A stretch of DNA of 64,000 nt from Verrucomicrobiota bacterium (GCA_039798785.1 JBDKFG010000002.1:60853-124852), one strand, 5' to 3'; numbered from the stretch's first letter, positions 26,260-37,300 are shown. Numbers and translations are program-made. The notes: a model not told the origin generated them from the letters alone.

Positions 26260-27588
26260 ATGTCTACAAACAAGCCTACACCATCCACACCTTCCCTGAG
26301 TTACGAACAGCAACGCGCCTTGGAGCAGATGCACAGGGGCGACAACATCTTCCTCACCGGCGGCGCCGGCACGGGGAAATCCACGGTGATCCGGGCCTAC
26401 GAGGAGACCACCAAGAAGAGGAGCGCGAAGCTTGCCCCGACGGGAGCGGCTGCTGCTCGCATCAAGGGCGCGACCATCCACAGCACCTTCGGACTTCGAC
26501 AACGAGGCTACTTGCCCGACTACAAATCCTACCTGCCGGCCGAGCAGGCAGACTACCTTCGTGACATCGAAACCCTGATCATCGACGAAGTCTCCATGGT
26601 ACGAGTCGATGTCCTGAACGCCATCGACATGACCCTGCGGCACATCTGCGAAACCAACCTGCTCTTTGGAGGCAAGCAGGTCATCTTGGTCGGAGACTTG
26701 TACCAGCTCAGCCCGATCGCCCGCGAAGAAGAAAAGATCATGCTCGAAGAGTGCTACGAAGGGATCTTGCCTTTCTACGCCCCATGCTGGCGCTACGGCA
26801 ATTTCACCTCCATCATCCTCCGCGAGATCCACCGCCAAGCTGATCCTCTCTTCGCCAACTTGCTCAATGAAATCCGCACCGGAGGAACCATGGACTATTG
26901 GGGGCCGGCGAGCTGGCAGACGGCCATCGACAAGCTCAATAGCCTCCTGCACATCGCCTTCGAAGCGCCGAAAAACGCGGTGGTCTTGTGCGCGATCAAT
27001 GCCCATGCCGACAGCCTCAACACCATCATGGATGCCAATATCAGCTCTGCCTCCAGCGACTTCTATGCGCATTGCTCCGGCGAGGTCTACTTCAATGAGA
27101 TCGGCGCCGACGAAGTCGTGAGCGTGCGAGTTGGTTCCCGGGTGCTGTTGACGGCGAACCGGATCAACCAGGAGGAAGGCGGTTTCGACTACACCAACGG
27201 CGACCAGGGGATCGTCACGGAGATCAAGGAGTCGGCGATCTGCATCCGGCTTGATCGCGGCAGGAGCGTTGAAGTCAATCGCCACGTCTGGGAGACTACG
27301 CGCTTCCACTACGACAAAGAGACCAAGACGAAGACGGAAGAGGTGATCGGCAGCTGCTGGCAGTTCCCGATCCGCCTTGGCTATGCGATCAGCATCCACA
27401 AGAGCCAGGGTATGAGCCTCGACAATGTAAACCTCAGGCTCACCAGGCAGATGTTCGCCCCGGGGATGCTCTATGTGGCGCTTTCCCGCTGTCGCTCACT
27501 GGCTGGTCTGTCCCTGTCCCGTCCTCTTTTTTACGGGGATGTGATCCCGAATCCTGCGGTGGACGCGTTCTACGCCTCGTTGCCTTGA
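26260..27588 (+). CDS. PIF1/RecD-like SF1B DNA helicase
   Basis: GGAGTGKS, APTG.AA, TIHS, IDEVSM, FGGKQ.ILVGD.YQL, QFPIRLGYAISIHKSQG and YVALSR. Confidence 0.93.
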   Translation: MSTNKPTPSTPSLSYEQQRALEQMHRGDNIFLTGGAGTGKSTVIRAYEETTKKRSAKLAPTGAAAARIKGATIHSTFGLRQRGYLPDYKSYLPAEQADYLRDIETLIIDEVSMVRVDVLNAIDMTLRHICETNLLFGGKQVILVGDLYQLSPIAREEEKIMLEECYEGILPFYAPCWRYGNFTSIILREIHRQADPLFANLLNEIRTGGTMDYWGPASWQTAIDKLNSLLHIAFEAPKNAVVLCAINAHADSLNTIMDANISSASSDFYAHCSGEVYFNEIGADEVVSVRVGSRVLLTANRINQEEGGFDYTNGDQGIVTEIKESAICIRLDRGRSVEVNRHVWETTRFHYDKETKTKTEEVIGSCWQFPIRLGYAISIHKSQGMSLDNVNLRLTRQMFAPGMLYVALSRCRSLAGLSLSRPLFYGDVIPNPAVDAFYASLP

Positions 27589-28669
27589 CAGCGGTGACGA
27601 GGGCTCAGGAATCGTCCATCTGACCACTTGCCTTGAGGGGAGGTTTCTGCCCTTGGGATTCTTCCTCCAAGGTGGCTTCAGCGGGCGATTCGCCTAGGCA
27701 AAATCCATTGTCAAGCTTTTTGCCGCTTTCCGACCCGAGCCGGTTTTCGCCTAGCCGAGGAAACCCGAAAAAAATTATCGCCGGCCAGTGACCAAACTGC
27801 AACTTGACATATTGTGGAACCAAGCTCTCCATAAGCTACGAAGCCCAGTTCGGGTATGGAGCCTCTGCCACCTAGTAGCACCGGAAACAGCCCATCAGGG
27901 ATCTGTGAAGATCGCTCTCCACTGCTTCCTGACATTGCCGCTCTTGCCGCGATACAAGCTCCAGCTGAAGCGATAAAGCCCGCGAGTACCCCGTCTAGCT
28001 AGGCATTGCATCATCGACTGTCCCTTCATCTCCGCAGGCATTGACTATGGACAAAGTTTACCGCTACATACCAGTGCCCGCATCTCCCAGGATGGCTCCG
28101 AATGCCACCCTCGTCGTCCCCTGTGAGGCATCCCTCGATGAGCCTCTTTGTTTTCTTGCTTTGACGAACAGCGTAATCAGCTGCATGGATTCGCCCATCG
28201 ACCGGGTCCCAGCATCTACTCGAGAACATTTGAGGAAGAATGCCGACTTCACGCACATGAAGTCGACACGGCTAATCGCCTCGTGCCATTCGCAGCACGG
28301 TGCCATTTCCAGATTCAAATTCCGAGCCAGATTTTTCAGTTTACGGCTGTCGTCCCCCGTGACACATAGATGTGTCGGCTTGTGCAGGCCACTGAAAGCA
28401 TCGTCCGCCAGATGCTCCAGATCAATCCTTTCTTGATCGACTCCAAGAGGCCACGCGCCACAACCTCCGAAGCTCTCCGGCCTAGGATACACTGGCGACT
28501 ACCTCTGACTTGACTTCTGAGCCTCGCTCGCACATCTGCTTGCGTGCACAGGTCACCTACGACTGTGCCCGCCTTCGATGCACTTCGCCTCGAAGCAAAC
28601 AGCTGCTGCTGGCCTGAGTTCAGCAAGTCACCCTTTCACCCATACCCCAATTTTAAAGGAGTCTCAACC

Positions 28670-30052
28670 ATGTCTGCCAAAATCAACACCGCCCTTGACC
28701 ACTTTCGTTGTGGCCTCACGAATTACTTGAAAAATCCCAATTCTTTTCGCCTTCTGAAAGTGATTCCTGCTCTCTCCCAGGCCGCCGAAGCTCTGATCCA
28801 GGAGAGATTACAGATACTGATTGATCGGCCTTCGTACCTGTGGCTGTCGGAGATACGCAGCTTACTCAGCAACGGGAGCGAGAAAAATTATCTCACCATC
28901 ATTTATGACGAATTGCGCGCTCGCACCGATGAACTCGAAGACGAATACGAAGAAGAATACGAAGCCATAGAGGATGACGAAACACTGGTGTGCAGGGCGT
29001 TCGTGATTCTCTTGGAGAACTTTGAACCCCTCTTCCAGAACGGCATGGAGAAACGGGTGCCTATCGAGCTGCTGAGAGCCATTCAAAAACGGCTCTACAG
29101 CAAGGATCAACGCAAGAAAATCGCTACCCAGCGTCTGGCTCGGTGGAAGGATGAAAACTGGCCCGACGGTGAGCCCTCAGAATACCATGGTACTCTGCCA
29201 TGTCCGCACTGCGGAGATGAGTTTGAGTTCCTTATGAAGGGCTTTCATCCCCACCCCTTCTGCTTCTGTTGCAACACCTCGATGGACACCTCACCGAGCA
29301 AGACTCGCGGAGATGTAACCTGTAAAAAAACGAGCTGCTGCGCTATCATGATCGGGCCCGCAGTCAGCGGTAGCAACGAAAGCGCCGACGACCTTCATGT
29401 CAAGCAACATGTCAGTAACGAGCAATTCATCGCCATCCTGAACCGCCTGCATCAGCAAGGCGAACTCGATGTGTCTACGCCATTCATCAAAACCAGTGAC
29501 AAATACCAAAAGCCCCTGATCGACATCTCCAATTCACCCATCCAATTCGATGGGAAGCAATTCAAGCTGAATCATCCTGATGCTGCCAAACTACCCGTCA
29601 CCAAAGTCTCACCCAATGGCGCCCGGTGGTTTGCCGAGTTATTCGAGAGCGGAAGATATCGAGTCCATGCCGGACATCTGAAGCAAGCTCTGGATTTCAC
29701 CGGCATTGGCTTGACGCGGGTCGTTGACTATCGTCCCGATGAATTGATTCTCGTCACTGCGGAAGATATGATAATTCGTCTTGGTATTAGGTACACAAAA
29801 AGAGACCGCGTGGTGTTGGCCGGAGAGATTCATTCCCAGTGGCAATTCAACCTTCTCTACTACTCGCCGCATCAATTCCCAGTGGTCATCGACCGGGAGA
29901 TCCGCGAATACCTGGTGAAGGAATCCACGGACTGGAACCGCTGCGCCTATTCCTTCCGCCTAGATTTGAAGCCCAACCCTGCACCAACTCGGTACCAGAA
30001 GTGGATGGCCGCTTGGCGCGCACAAAAAGCCGCAACCAAGGCTGGGCACTGA
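28670..30052 (+). CDS. Hypothetical protein with Zn ribbon and possible degenerate FGE-sulfatase-like C-terminal part
   Basis: AAAGGAG RBS; CPHC...CFCC; HVSNEQF...LPVTKVS motifs. Confidence 0.65.
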   Translation: MSAKINTALDHFRCGLTNYLKNPNSFRLLKVIPALSQAAEALIQERLQILIDRPSYLWLSEIRSLLSNGSEKNYLTIIYDELRARTDELEDEYEEEYEAIEDDETLVCRAFVILLENFEPLFQNGMEKRVPIELLRAIQKRLYSKDQRKKIATQRLARWKDENWPDGEPSEYHGTLPCPHCGDEFEFLMKGFHPHPFCFCCNTSMDTSPSKTRGDVTCKKTSCCAIMIGPAVSGSNESADDLHVKQHVSNEQFIAILNRLHQQGELDVSTPFIKTSDKYQKPLIDISNSPIQFDGKQFKLNHPDAAKLPVTKVSPNGARWFAELFESGRYRVHAGHLKQALDFTGIGLTRVVDYRPDELILVTAEDMIIRLGIRYTKRDRVVLAGEIHSQWQFNLLYYSPHQFPVVIDREIREYLVKESTDWNRCAYSFRLDLKPNPAPTRYQKWMAAWRAQKAATKAGH

Positions 30053-30066
30053 AGCGAATAGAGGAT

Positions 30067-30098
30067 CACAAGGCGGGCCGTTTCTGGCCCGCCTTGTG
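30067..30098. terminator. Stem-loop after 28670-30052
   Basis: CACAAGGCGGGCC-6 nt-GGCCCGCCTTGTG perfect stem. Confidence 0.6.
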
Positions 30099-30298
30099 GC
30101 ACTGGCTCAAAGCGTCCGCCACTCAAGCCCAGCTCACGCCCTCTCCCCCCATAATACCCTCACTCCTCGGTGCTTGACCGCGTTAGCGGGGCGCAGTAAA
30201 GCATCCTGAATCCACGGGTTCTATGAAGCGTGATAGATTGTGCACTCCGATACGAAATGCTCTCACTGTCAATCCATCGCTCGCCGGACTCCCCTTTC

Positions 30299-30967
30299 AT
30301 GGCCAAGCTCTACCGCTTCCGCCCCTCCCATGTCCTGCGCGAATCCGAGCAGGCCTTCGCCGCTGCGGCAGCTCAATTGCCGGAGGATTGGATCGTCGTC
30401 TGGAGCTACAGCTACCAGGATGACTCGGGGCAGAACCGCGAAGGGGATTTCCTCGTCTTCGTTCCCGATCTTGGCATCGCGGTGATCGAGATCAAGTCAG
30501 GAGCGCTGCATGTTGACACCCGCAGCGGGGCATGGAACACGCCTCACGGCGACGATCCTTTCGCCCAGCTCGGCCGCGAGACCAACGGCGTCCTGCGTCG
30601 CCTCAAGAGCCAACAAGCGCAAGCACCTTGGGTCGCGCAATTCCTCTGCATGCCGAACCAGGATCTGCCGGTCTTCGAGCACTACAAGCATCCTCCCCGC
30701 AGCCTCTTCCTTGGACGCAATGACATGCCGGCCCTCAAGGAGCTGATTGTCGCCAACCTCGACAAGGCCTACCCCCATCAACGCGCCGCCGCCACTGCGG
30801 AACTCTTCCTGAAGGCCTTTGTGCCCGAGAACAGCCGCGATCTGCACCTGCTGCACCCGGCGGAGTCCCTCGACCTCCAGCGCCTCACTGATTCCCACCT
30901 GAGCCTGCTGCGTTGCAGCGTTGCCGAAATCCGACGGCTCCTAGTGCATGGCCCCGCGCCTCCCTAA
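30299..30967 (+). pseudogene. NERD-domain nuclease; helicase part truncated
   Basis: SE..F, REGDFLV...IEIKSG and PFAQ match NERD. The ORF ends at LLVHGPA, where the Walker A of the usually fused helicase would begin. Confidence 0.7.
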
Positions 30968-30988
30968 AAATGGAAAATAATCCGCCCA

Positions 30989-31048
30989 CTTGACTTGCCT
31001 GGTACATGCGATACTTTTAGTAAGCACGAAGAATTTCAACATGTAGCC
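30989..31048 (+). promoter_or_regulatory. Second, degenerate copy of the promoter+attI-like module
   Basis: CTTGAC..GCC.G.TAC..GATAC.TT...GAAG.AT.TCAAC.TG-TAGCC aligns with 4652-4592 (minus strand). Confidence 0.55.
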
Positions 31049-31062
31049 AGGATGTACACAAC

Positions 31063-31386
31063 ATGAACATTCACACTAAATTGCTTGGACGCGCACTAAA
31101 TGATATACGGCTATTTAGGGATGCGCAGGAAATTGGATTTGACTACATCGTCAATCCCGAGACCGGAGAACTGCACTATGTCCATCTCGCAAACTTCGCT
31201 GGCTCCCATAACCTCGCTTCAGCCGATCTCGGATCCTTCATCGGGCTTTTCAATCTGGGAGTGATTCCGATTCATAAATTCAAGGATGGAACTGAAATCC
31301 CGATTTATGATGCGGAATCGGGCGTGTTGCTCGGACCCTATCGACTGAACAAGTGTCAGCACTGTAGATTTCCGATATTTAACTAA
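31063..31386 (+). CDS. Hypothetical protein (lower GC, cassette-like)
   Basis: 107 aa; ELH...H...CxxC. Confidence 0.7.
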   Translation: MNIHTKLLGRALNDIRLFRDAQEIGFDYIVNPETGELHYVHLANFAGSHNLASADLGSFIGLFNLGVIPIHKFKDGTEIPIYDAESGVLLGPYRLNKCQHCRFPIFN

Positions 31387-31387
31387 G

Positions 31388-31834
31388 ATGAAAACTGAGT
31401 CTAACGAAGCGATAGAGCCTATGACCATACCTGTCACAATTCATGCTTCAGATCAATTTCTTCTTGCTCTCTGCGAAAGTATATATAGAGCAGAGAAGAG
31501 CGCATCTGACGAGCAAAAACGAGAAGCTTTTGGCGGCAGCTTCCCCATTGAGCTACTTCTCATCCGGCGGGACAAAGTCCGCGTTGAAATCAGAAAGGAG
31601 AACGTCAGCCACAACGAGCCTCATCTGCACATCACACACTCAGACAAGATTGATGTCTCGCTAAGCCTTAATGACTTTCGTGTGCTTGCCGGAGAGATTG
31701 ACAGGAGGACCATGAAACATATGCTTATTGTGCTTAATCCAGTTAAATCAAAACTCATGGAAATATGGAACGAACTAAATGAGAAGGACAATTCGGTCGG
31801 GGCCGAAAAGCTCATCAGTAATCTGTTTGAGTGA
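31388..31834 (+). CDS. DUF4160-like protein
   Basis: HNEPHLHI motif and L.E.WNE C-terminus; true start may be 31421. Confidence 0.65.
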   Translation: MKTESNEAIEPMTIPVTIHASDQFLLALCESIYRAEKSASDEQKREAFGGSFPIELLLIRRDKVRVEIRKENVSHNEPHLHITHSDKIDVSLSLNDFRVLAGEIDRRTMKHMLIVLNPVKSKLMEIWNELNEKDNSVGAEKLISNLFE

Positions 31835-31892
31835 GCGCAGATGTTAACTATTCGCTGCAGGCGCAAGGACCCAGACCCCCAAAGTCCATGCA

Positions 31893-32100
31893 ATGCACCG
31901 CATCTGCGTCGAAGGGTTCACCTTCTCCCTGTAATGGCTGCGCCGCAGGTCCGGACCAGAATCCCCTTGGCTTCGGCGGGGCGGAACTGCACCAGTGGCT
32001 GTTCCCGCCCCCTCCAACGAGCCCTGTTTGGAGCCGCGCGCACCACCGGGATCGATGAGGACTTCGCGGCGGGGCATACACTGCGTCACGGGCGCCCTCG
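31893..32100 (+). pseudogene. Remnant of a dihydrofolate reductase-family (RibD C-terminal) gene
   Basis: Three frames give MHRICVEGFTFSL* / GCAAGPDQNPLGFGGAELHQWLFP / TTGIDEDFAAG, the N-terminus of this family broken by frameshifts. Confidence 0.65.
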
Positions 32101-32144
32101 GTCCACATCCCCTTCGGCATCGCCAACTCAACAGCCGATTGAGC

Positions 32145-32327
32145 TCATTCCTCGGATGTCCGACTTCGAAATAGGCAGATGCCGCCGTGAACGAGCAGAC
32201 CTAGGCCAACGAAGAAGAGGATGACATTGAGCTCGCCGCCGCTGCGCCATTCCTTGATCAAGCTGCCGTGGGAGCCGAAGAAGAAGACCATGCCCAAGCC
32301 GATGACGATTTTGACCGCAGGTGTCAT
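32145..32327 (-). CDS. Small two-TM membrane protein
   Basis: AGGAG RBS; two hydrophobic segments. Confidence 0.55.
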   Translation of the reverse strand: MTPAVKIVIGLGMVFFFGSHGSLIKEWRSGGELNVILFFVGLGLLVHGGICLFRSRTSEE

Positions 32328-32362
32328 GAGCAGCTCCTAGTGAGATTGAGATAGGAGCAAGA

Positions 32363-32392
32363 TCTAGGCGGCTCCCAGCGGAGCCGCCTAGA
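32363..32392. terminator. Stem-loop
   Basis: TCTAGGCGGCTCC-CAGC-GGAGCCGCCTAGA perfect 13-bp stem. Confidence 0.6.
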
Positions 32393-32416
32393 CTGAGAGT
32401 GCTTGTGGAGTGCGCC

Positions 32417-32674
32417 TTACTTCGCGCCCTTGACCGCTTCCAGCTCTTTTTGCAGCTTGGCGATTTGCTTCTCGAGCTTGGAAGCGCCTTTGCCTTCCTT
32501 AGCCTTGGCGGCGTTATTGACGGCACGCTGAATGACCTTGAGGTCGTCGAAGCCGGCGAAGAAGTTGGTGAGCTGGACCGAGTTCAGGGCGCTGACTGCA
32601 TCGCGAAGGGCTTTGAGGTTCTTGCGGCCTTCGGCTTTCTTCTGGCCATTTTTTGACTTGGGCTTGGCTTCCAT
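32417..32674 (-). CDS. Small Lys/Ala-rich basic coiled-coil protein
   Basis: GGAG RBS; 85 aa with strongly biased codons. Confidence 0.75.
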   Translation of the reverse strand: MEAKPKSKNGQKKAEGRKNLKALRDAVSALNSVQLTNFFAGFDDLKVIQRAVNNAAKAKEGKGASKLEKQIAKLQKELEAVKGAK

Positions 32675-33044
32675 GACGGATCTCCGATGGGATGGTTGAT
32701 GGGGAAAGGGCGGGATAATTTGCTGTGACTCCCGCTTCCGGCAAGGCGAATCGCCAGCATCCCAGCATCAGTCCGCGAAAGATGACTCCAAAGCAGGGCC
32801 ATCCTATTTGGCAGGCTAGACTAGAGAAGGGCTGCTGTGAAAGCTGAAATTCGCTCTTGAATCTGACCTCGAATACATCTGCCCTCGCGCGACGTTCGGA
32901 GCCCTTGTCACGGCCCGAAGGAGTCGCGCTGAGGGAGCTTTTCCTCCTGGATTTTTGTTCGTGCCGTTCGCCAGCCTCCCTTGCGAAGATGCCCAATGGG
33001 CGTAGATGAGGTGTTGCAATTTTCACAATTCAAGAGGCTGGTCC

Positions 33045-34271
33045 GTGTCACGCAAGTCACCTCAAAAATGGAGTCCCAATGCCGATCAAGAAGCAGCTCT
33101 GGGGACAAAGCCCGACATCACCTTGGCAAAGGAATGGGGCGTCAGCGCTTCGTCGATCCGCCGCCAACGCGAACGGCGAGGCATTCCTTTCCTGGCGCGG
33201 GGATATGTCCTCACCGAGGAACAGATCTGCCTGCTAGGCGAGATCCCGGATGAATAATTGGCCAAGATGGCCGCCATTCCCATCATCACAGTGAGGCGCT
33301 ATCGCCAATCCCGAGGCATCGCTGCCAGCGTCACTCGAGCCTGGACGCCTACGGCGGAACAACTGGCGCAGCTTGGCAAGGTCGATGATGCCGTCATCGC
33401 CCGGCAAGCCGGGGTGCGGCAGCACATCGTCTCCAGTTGGCGGGTCAAGCTCGGCATCACAATCACCTCGGCCTGGCGGCCCGATGAGGCCACCGTGTGT
33501 CTGCTGGGCACGATGAGCGATGAAGACCTGGGCAGCAAGCTCAACATTTCCTCTTTCGCCATCGCCGAAGCGCGGCGCGAGCGCCGGATACTGCCGTTTG
33601 CTCCCCTGTCGCAACCCACCGATGTGCAAGTGACTTTGCTGGGGACCGAAACCGACAAGTCGCTGGCGCAGCGCTGGGGCTTGCCCCTCAAGCAGGTGAA
33701 AAACTGGCGGCGTCAGCGCGGCATCAAACTAGTGAGCAATCATTTTGCTTGGACCGCTCGACACGACGCGATGCTCGGCAGCATGAGTGACAAGGAAGTC
33801 GCGGAGACGATCGGCGCTACTTTTGCGCAGGTCAACTACCGGCGCAACAAGCTGGGTATCCCGCCCTGCCACGAACCTCGTTCCAGCAGCAGCAATGAAT
33901 GGACCTCGGCGATGATCGCACAACTCGGCAGCGACACCGACCGCAATCTCGCTCGGGCCTTTGGCTTCAGTTCCATCAATGTCAATCTGAAGCGGATGTC
34001 CCTGGGCATACCCTCCTTCGCTTCAAAACGCGCCAGCCCATGGACGCCTGAACTTGTGGCTCAGCTTGGCACCCGCAGTGATGAGGACCTGGCTCAGGCA
34101 TTCGACCTCCATCAATCTACGGTTACGACCAAACGGATCGAGTTGGGAATCGCCTCTTATCGATCAAAAACCTTTGATTTTCGTCAGAACCATGTTGATC
34201 TTGAAAGAATGAGGGGGCAAAAGTTAGTGCCAATCTCCAAGCACAATCCGAGCACAAAAAACGAGTCGTAA
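33045..34271 (+). pseudogene. Tandem HTH-repeat protein (8 repeats of ~45 aa) with in-frame TAA at 33255-33257
   Basis: ORFs 33006-33257 and 33258-34271 share a frame; the repeat W.......LG...D..LA...G......R...GI continues across the stop. Confidence 0.75.
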
Positions 34272-34399
34272 TTCACGAAAGATTAAAGCCGTAGAAAAAA
34301 ACTGTGGGAAACCGGCTGAAAACGGCAAAATCGGATTTGACCAAAGAGTTTCGCCGAATATCCTGGGTCTGATTGTCCCCGCAACCCACAGGTCGAGCC

Positions 34400-37300
34400 A
34401 TGAGTCCTCTCTGTAACTCCTTCGGCGCACGGCGCATCATCTGCGCGCTCACGCTGCTCCTCAGCACACTGGCCACATGGGCTGAAGAATCCGTCTGTTC
34501 GAAGGTCAAGATCGAGATTCCACAGGAGCTAACTCTGGAGCGTCAAGGCTTTGAAGCTACCATGCGGATTACCAATGGCAGCCCTGACCCTCTCAACGCG
34601 GTGAAAATCGAAGTTCTTTTCAAAGACGCAGAGGGCAATCCGGTCCTCGCCAGCTCCGATCCCAACGCGGTTAACGCTAAATTCTTCATCCGGGAAAGCG
34701 CCAAGGAACAGATCGCAGCCGTTGACGGCACCGGCTCCGTCGCCTCGGGCAGCACCGCTGTGATCAAGTGGCTGATCATCCCGGCTCCAGGAGCTGCCGG
34801 CAACCTGCCCGGAGGACGATTGTACAAAGTTGGTGCAAAACTCGAATACACCTTGAAGGGCGAGGCTCAGGCCGTCGATGTGATCCCCGATTCGATCACC
34901 GTCAACCCGATGCCCGATTTAACCCTCGACTACTTCCTGCCTCTCGATGTGCTCGGTGACGAGCCCTTCACTGCTGAGATTGAAGCTCCCGTGCCCTTCT
35001 CCCTCGGTGTCCGGGTCAAGAACATCGGTTTCGGCGACGCCTCTCACCTCAAGATCGAATCCGCCCAGCCCAAGATCATCGAAAACCGACAAGGCCTGCA
35101 AGTCAACTTCCGTCTGCTAGGCAGCCAAGTTCAGGACAAGTCGGTCAACGACGGCTTGTTGCTTGATTTTGGCACCATCGGCGGCAAATCCGCCGCCTGC
35201 GGCCGCTGGGTGATGGAGTCCAGTCTGTCCGGCAAGATGACCGAATTCACCGCCACCTTCACCCACGATGACGCCCTCGGCGGTAAGCTCACCTCCCTCA
35301 TCCAGGCCGTCCGCACCCATACTCTGCTGCGCGATGTCCGCCTCGATTCCCCTGGCAAGGACAGCGTCCGGGAATTCCTCGCCAAAGATGTCGACGCCAT
35401 CCGGCTCTACGACTCCGACGGCAGCGAAGCGGAAGTCATCGACATCTCCTCTCAAGTGAGTTTTGACGGCAGCCATCTGCAAGTCCCCGCCGTTCCGGGC
35501 ATCTTCTACGCCTCCATCCCGGTCAGCGACAGCCTCGGCGCCATGCTCGTGTCTCAAGTCCGCCGCGCCGATGGCCGCGTCCCTCCCCAGGAGAACGTCT
35601 GGATCAGCAAGGTGCGCAATCCCCAAAACGGCAGCTACCAGAGCTTCCTCAACATCTTCGATTACCCCGTCAGCGATCCCGTCACCGGTGAAGTCCAGGC
35701 ACAGGCTCAAACCTACGACCTGAGCTTCGCCGCGCCGGTTTCCGACACACCGGTCTTGTCCGTGCCCGGCACTCAAGTGGTCGCCCCCAACCAGCGCGTC
35801 ACCTTCACCGTGGCCGCCAGCGCTCCCAATGGCGCCGCAACAGTTCTCTCCGCCACGCCTCTTTACGCGGGGGCCACCTTCCAGAATGGTGCCTTCGACT
35901 GGACTCCCCCCCGCAGCGGCAGCTTCCCTATCACCTTCTCCGCCACCGCCAACGGCAAGACCGTCAGCAAAAGCGTCCTGATCGTCGCCGCCGTCAACGA
36001 AGTCGCCGTGGCCTTCGCCGGCAGCTCTGCCGAAGTGGTTGAAAACACCGGCAAAGCCGAAATCGAAATCACTCTCGACCAGCCCTGCTCCGAGACCGTC
36101 AGCGTCCAAGTCAACGCCGCTCCCGGCAGCAGCGCCCAAGTTGTCAGCGACTACCTTCCCCTCGGCACCCTGAGCTTCGCTCCCGGCGAGATCCGGAAGA
36201 AACTGGTGATCGAACTCAATGACGATCTCGAAGCCGAAGCTACCGAAGTCCTCAAGCTGCAATTCGGCGACATCACCCACGGCCACCCGGCAGTTGCCGA
36301 CGCCATCTTCGATCTGACCCTCAAGGATGATGATCTGGTCGGTGCTCTCGCCCTGGTGCAAGGCGACCAAGTGATCAAGGTCAACCCTGCTACCGGTGCC
36401 ACCATTTCGGTCCTGGCCCGCGACCTTTACCTCCGCGCCCCCACCGGCTTCGTCTGGAACAAAGACGGAGATCTTCTCGTCGCCAGCTCCTCCGGCCGCA
36501 TCCTTGCCTTCGACCGCGCCGGCAAAGCCCATGACGAGCTGCACCCGGCCGTCTCCCTCGGCCAGACCGGCAAGCTCCAGATCGACGCCCAAGGCTGCCT
36601 CTGGACCCTCAGCCGCTTCGATGAAACCTGCCGTCTCTTCTGCCTCAATGCCAGCAGTGGCGAAGTCCTCCGCAGTCTCGACCTGCCTCTAGCCTGCACC
36701 GACTTCCAAGTCCGTGAAGACGGCCAGGTCGCAGTCCTCAGTCCCGACACGCTGACCCTGGTCGGCGCCACTGCCAATGTCAACATCAGCCTTCCCGCCG
36801 AGATTCATCCCAGCCTGCTCGCCCTCGACGGCAATGGCGATCTCCTGCTAGCCGGCGGCGGCGCCATCCACCGCTACCACGACGCCGCCTTCAGCCTTGT
36901 CCAAGAGGACGCCACGCTTGATCAGCCCCTCGCCTTCACCTGGCAGCAAGGCAAGTCCTTCACATCGACGGCTCAGTTCATTACTTCCTATGACGGCAGC
37001 AGTGCCGCCGCCGTGGTTCAGCTCGGCAACAGCCCGCAGCTCGCCTTGGCCGGCATCAAGCCCGCCTTCATCACTGACGATCTCGCCGTGGTCGCCGAAG
37101 AAGGCGATGTCATCCACCTCCGTGCCCGCGCCGAGGGCTCCCCCGCTGTCAGCCACGAATGGCGCCTCAACGATTCGCCTGCCGCCCAAGGCACACAGCT
37201 CGACCTGACTCTCGAAGCGGCTCAAGATGGTGCCCGCCTGGTTTGCGTCGCCAAAAACGCCCTTGGCGAAGCCCGGAGCCAAAGCACCCTCAAGGTCTAC

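Noticed and set aside
27788..28626. Several overlapping 60-140 aa ORFs
   Set aside because: No motif, RBS or codon bias favours any frame; left uncalled.
30170..30190. GTTAGCG preceded by GCTTGACCGC as a possible attC end
   Set aside because: No matching RYYYAAC left arm or palindrome was found.
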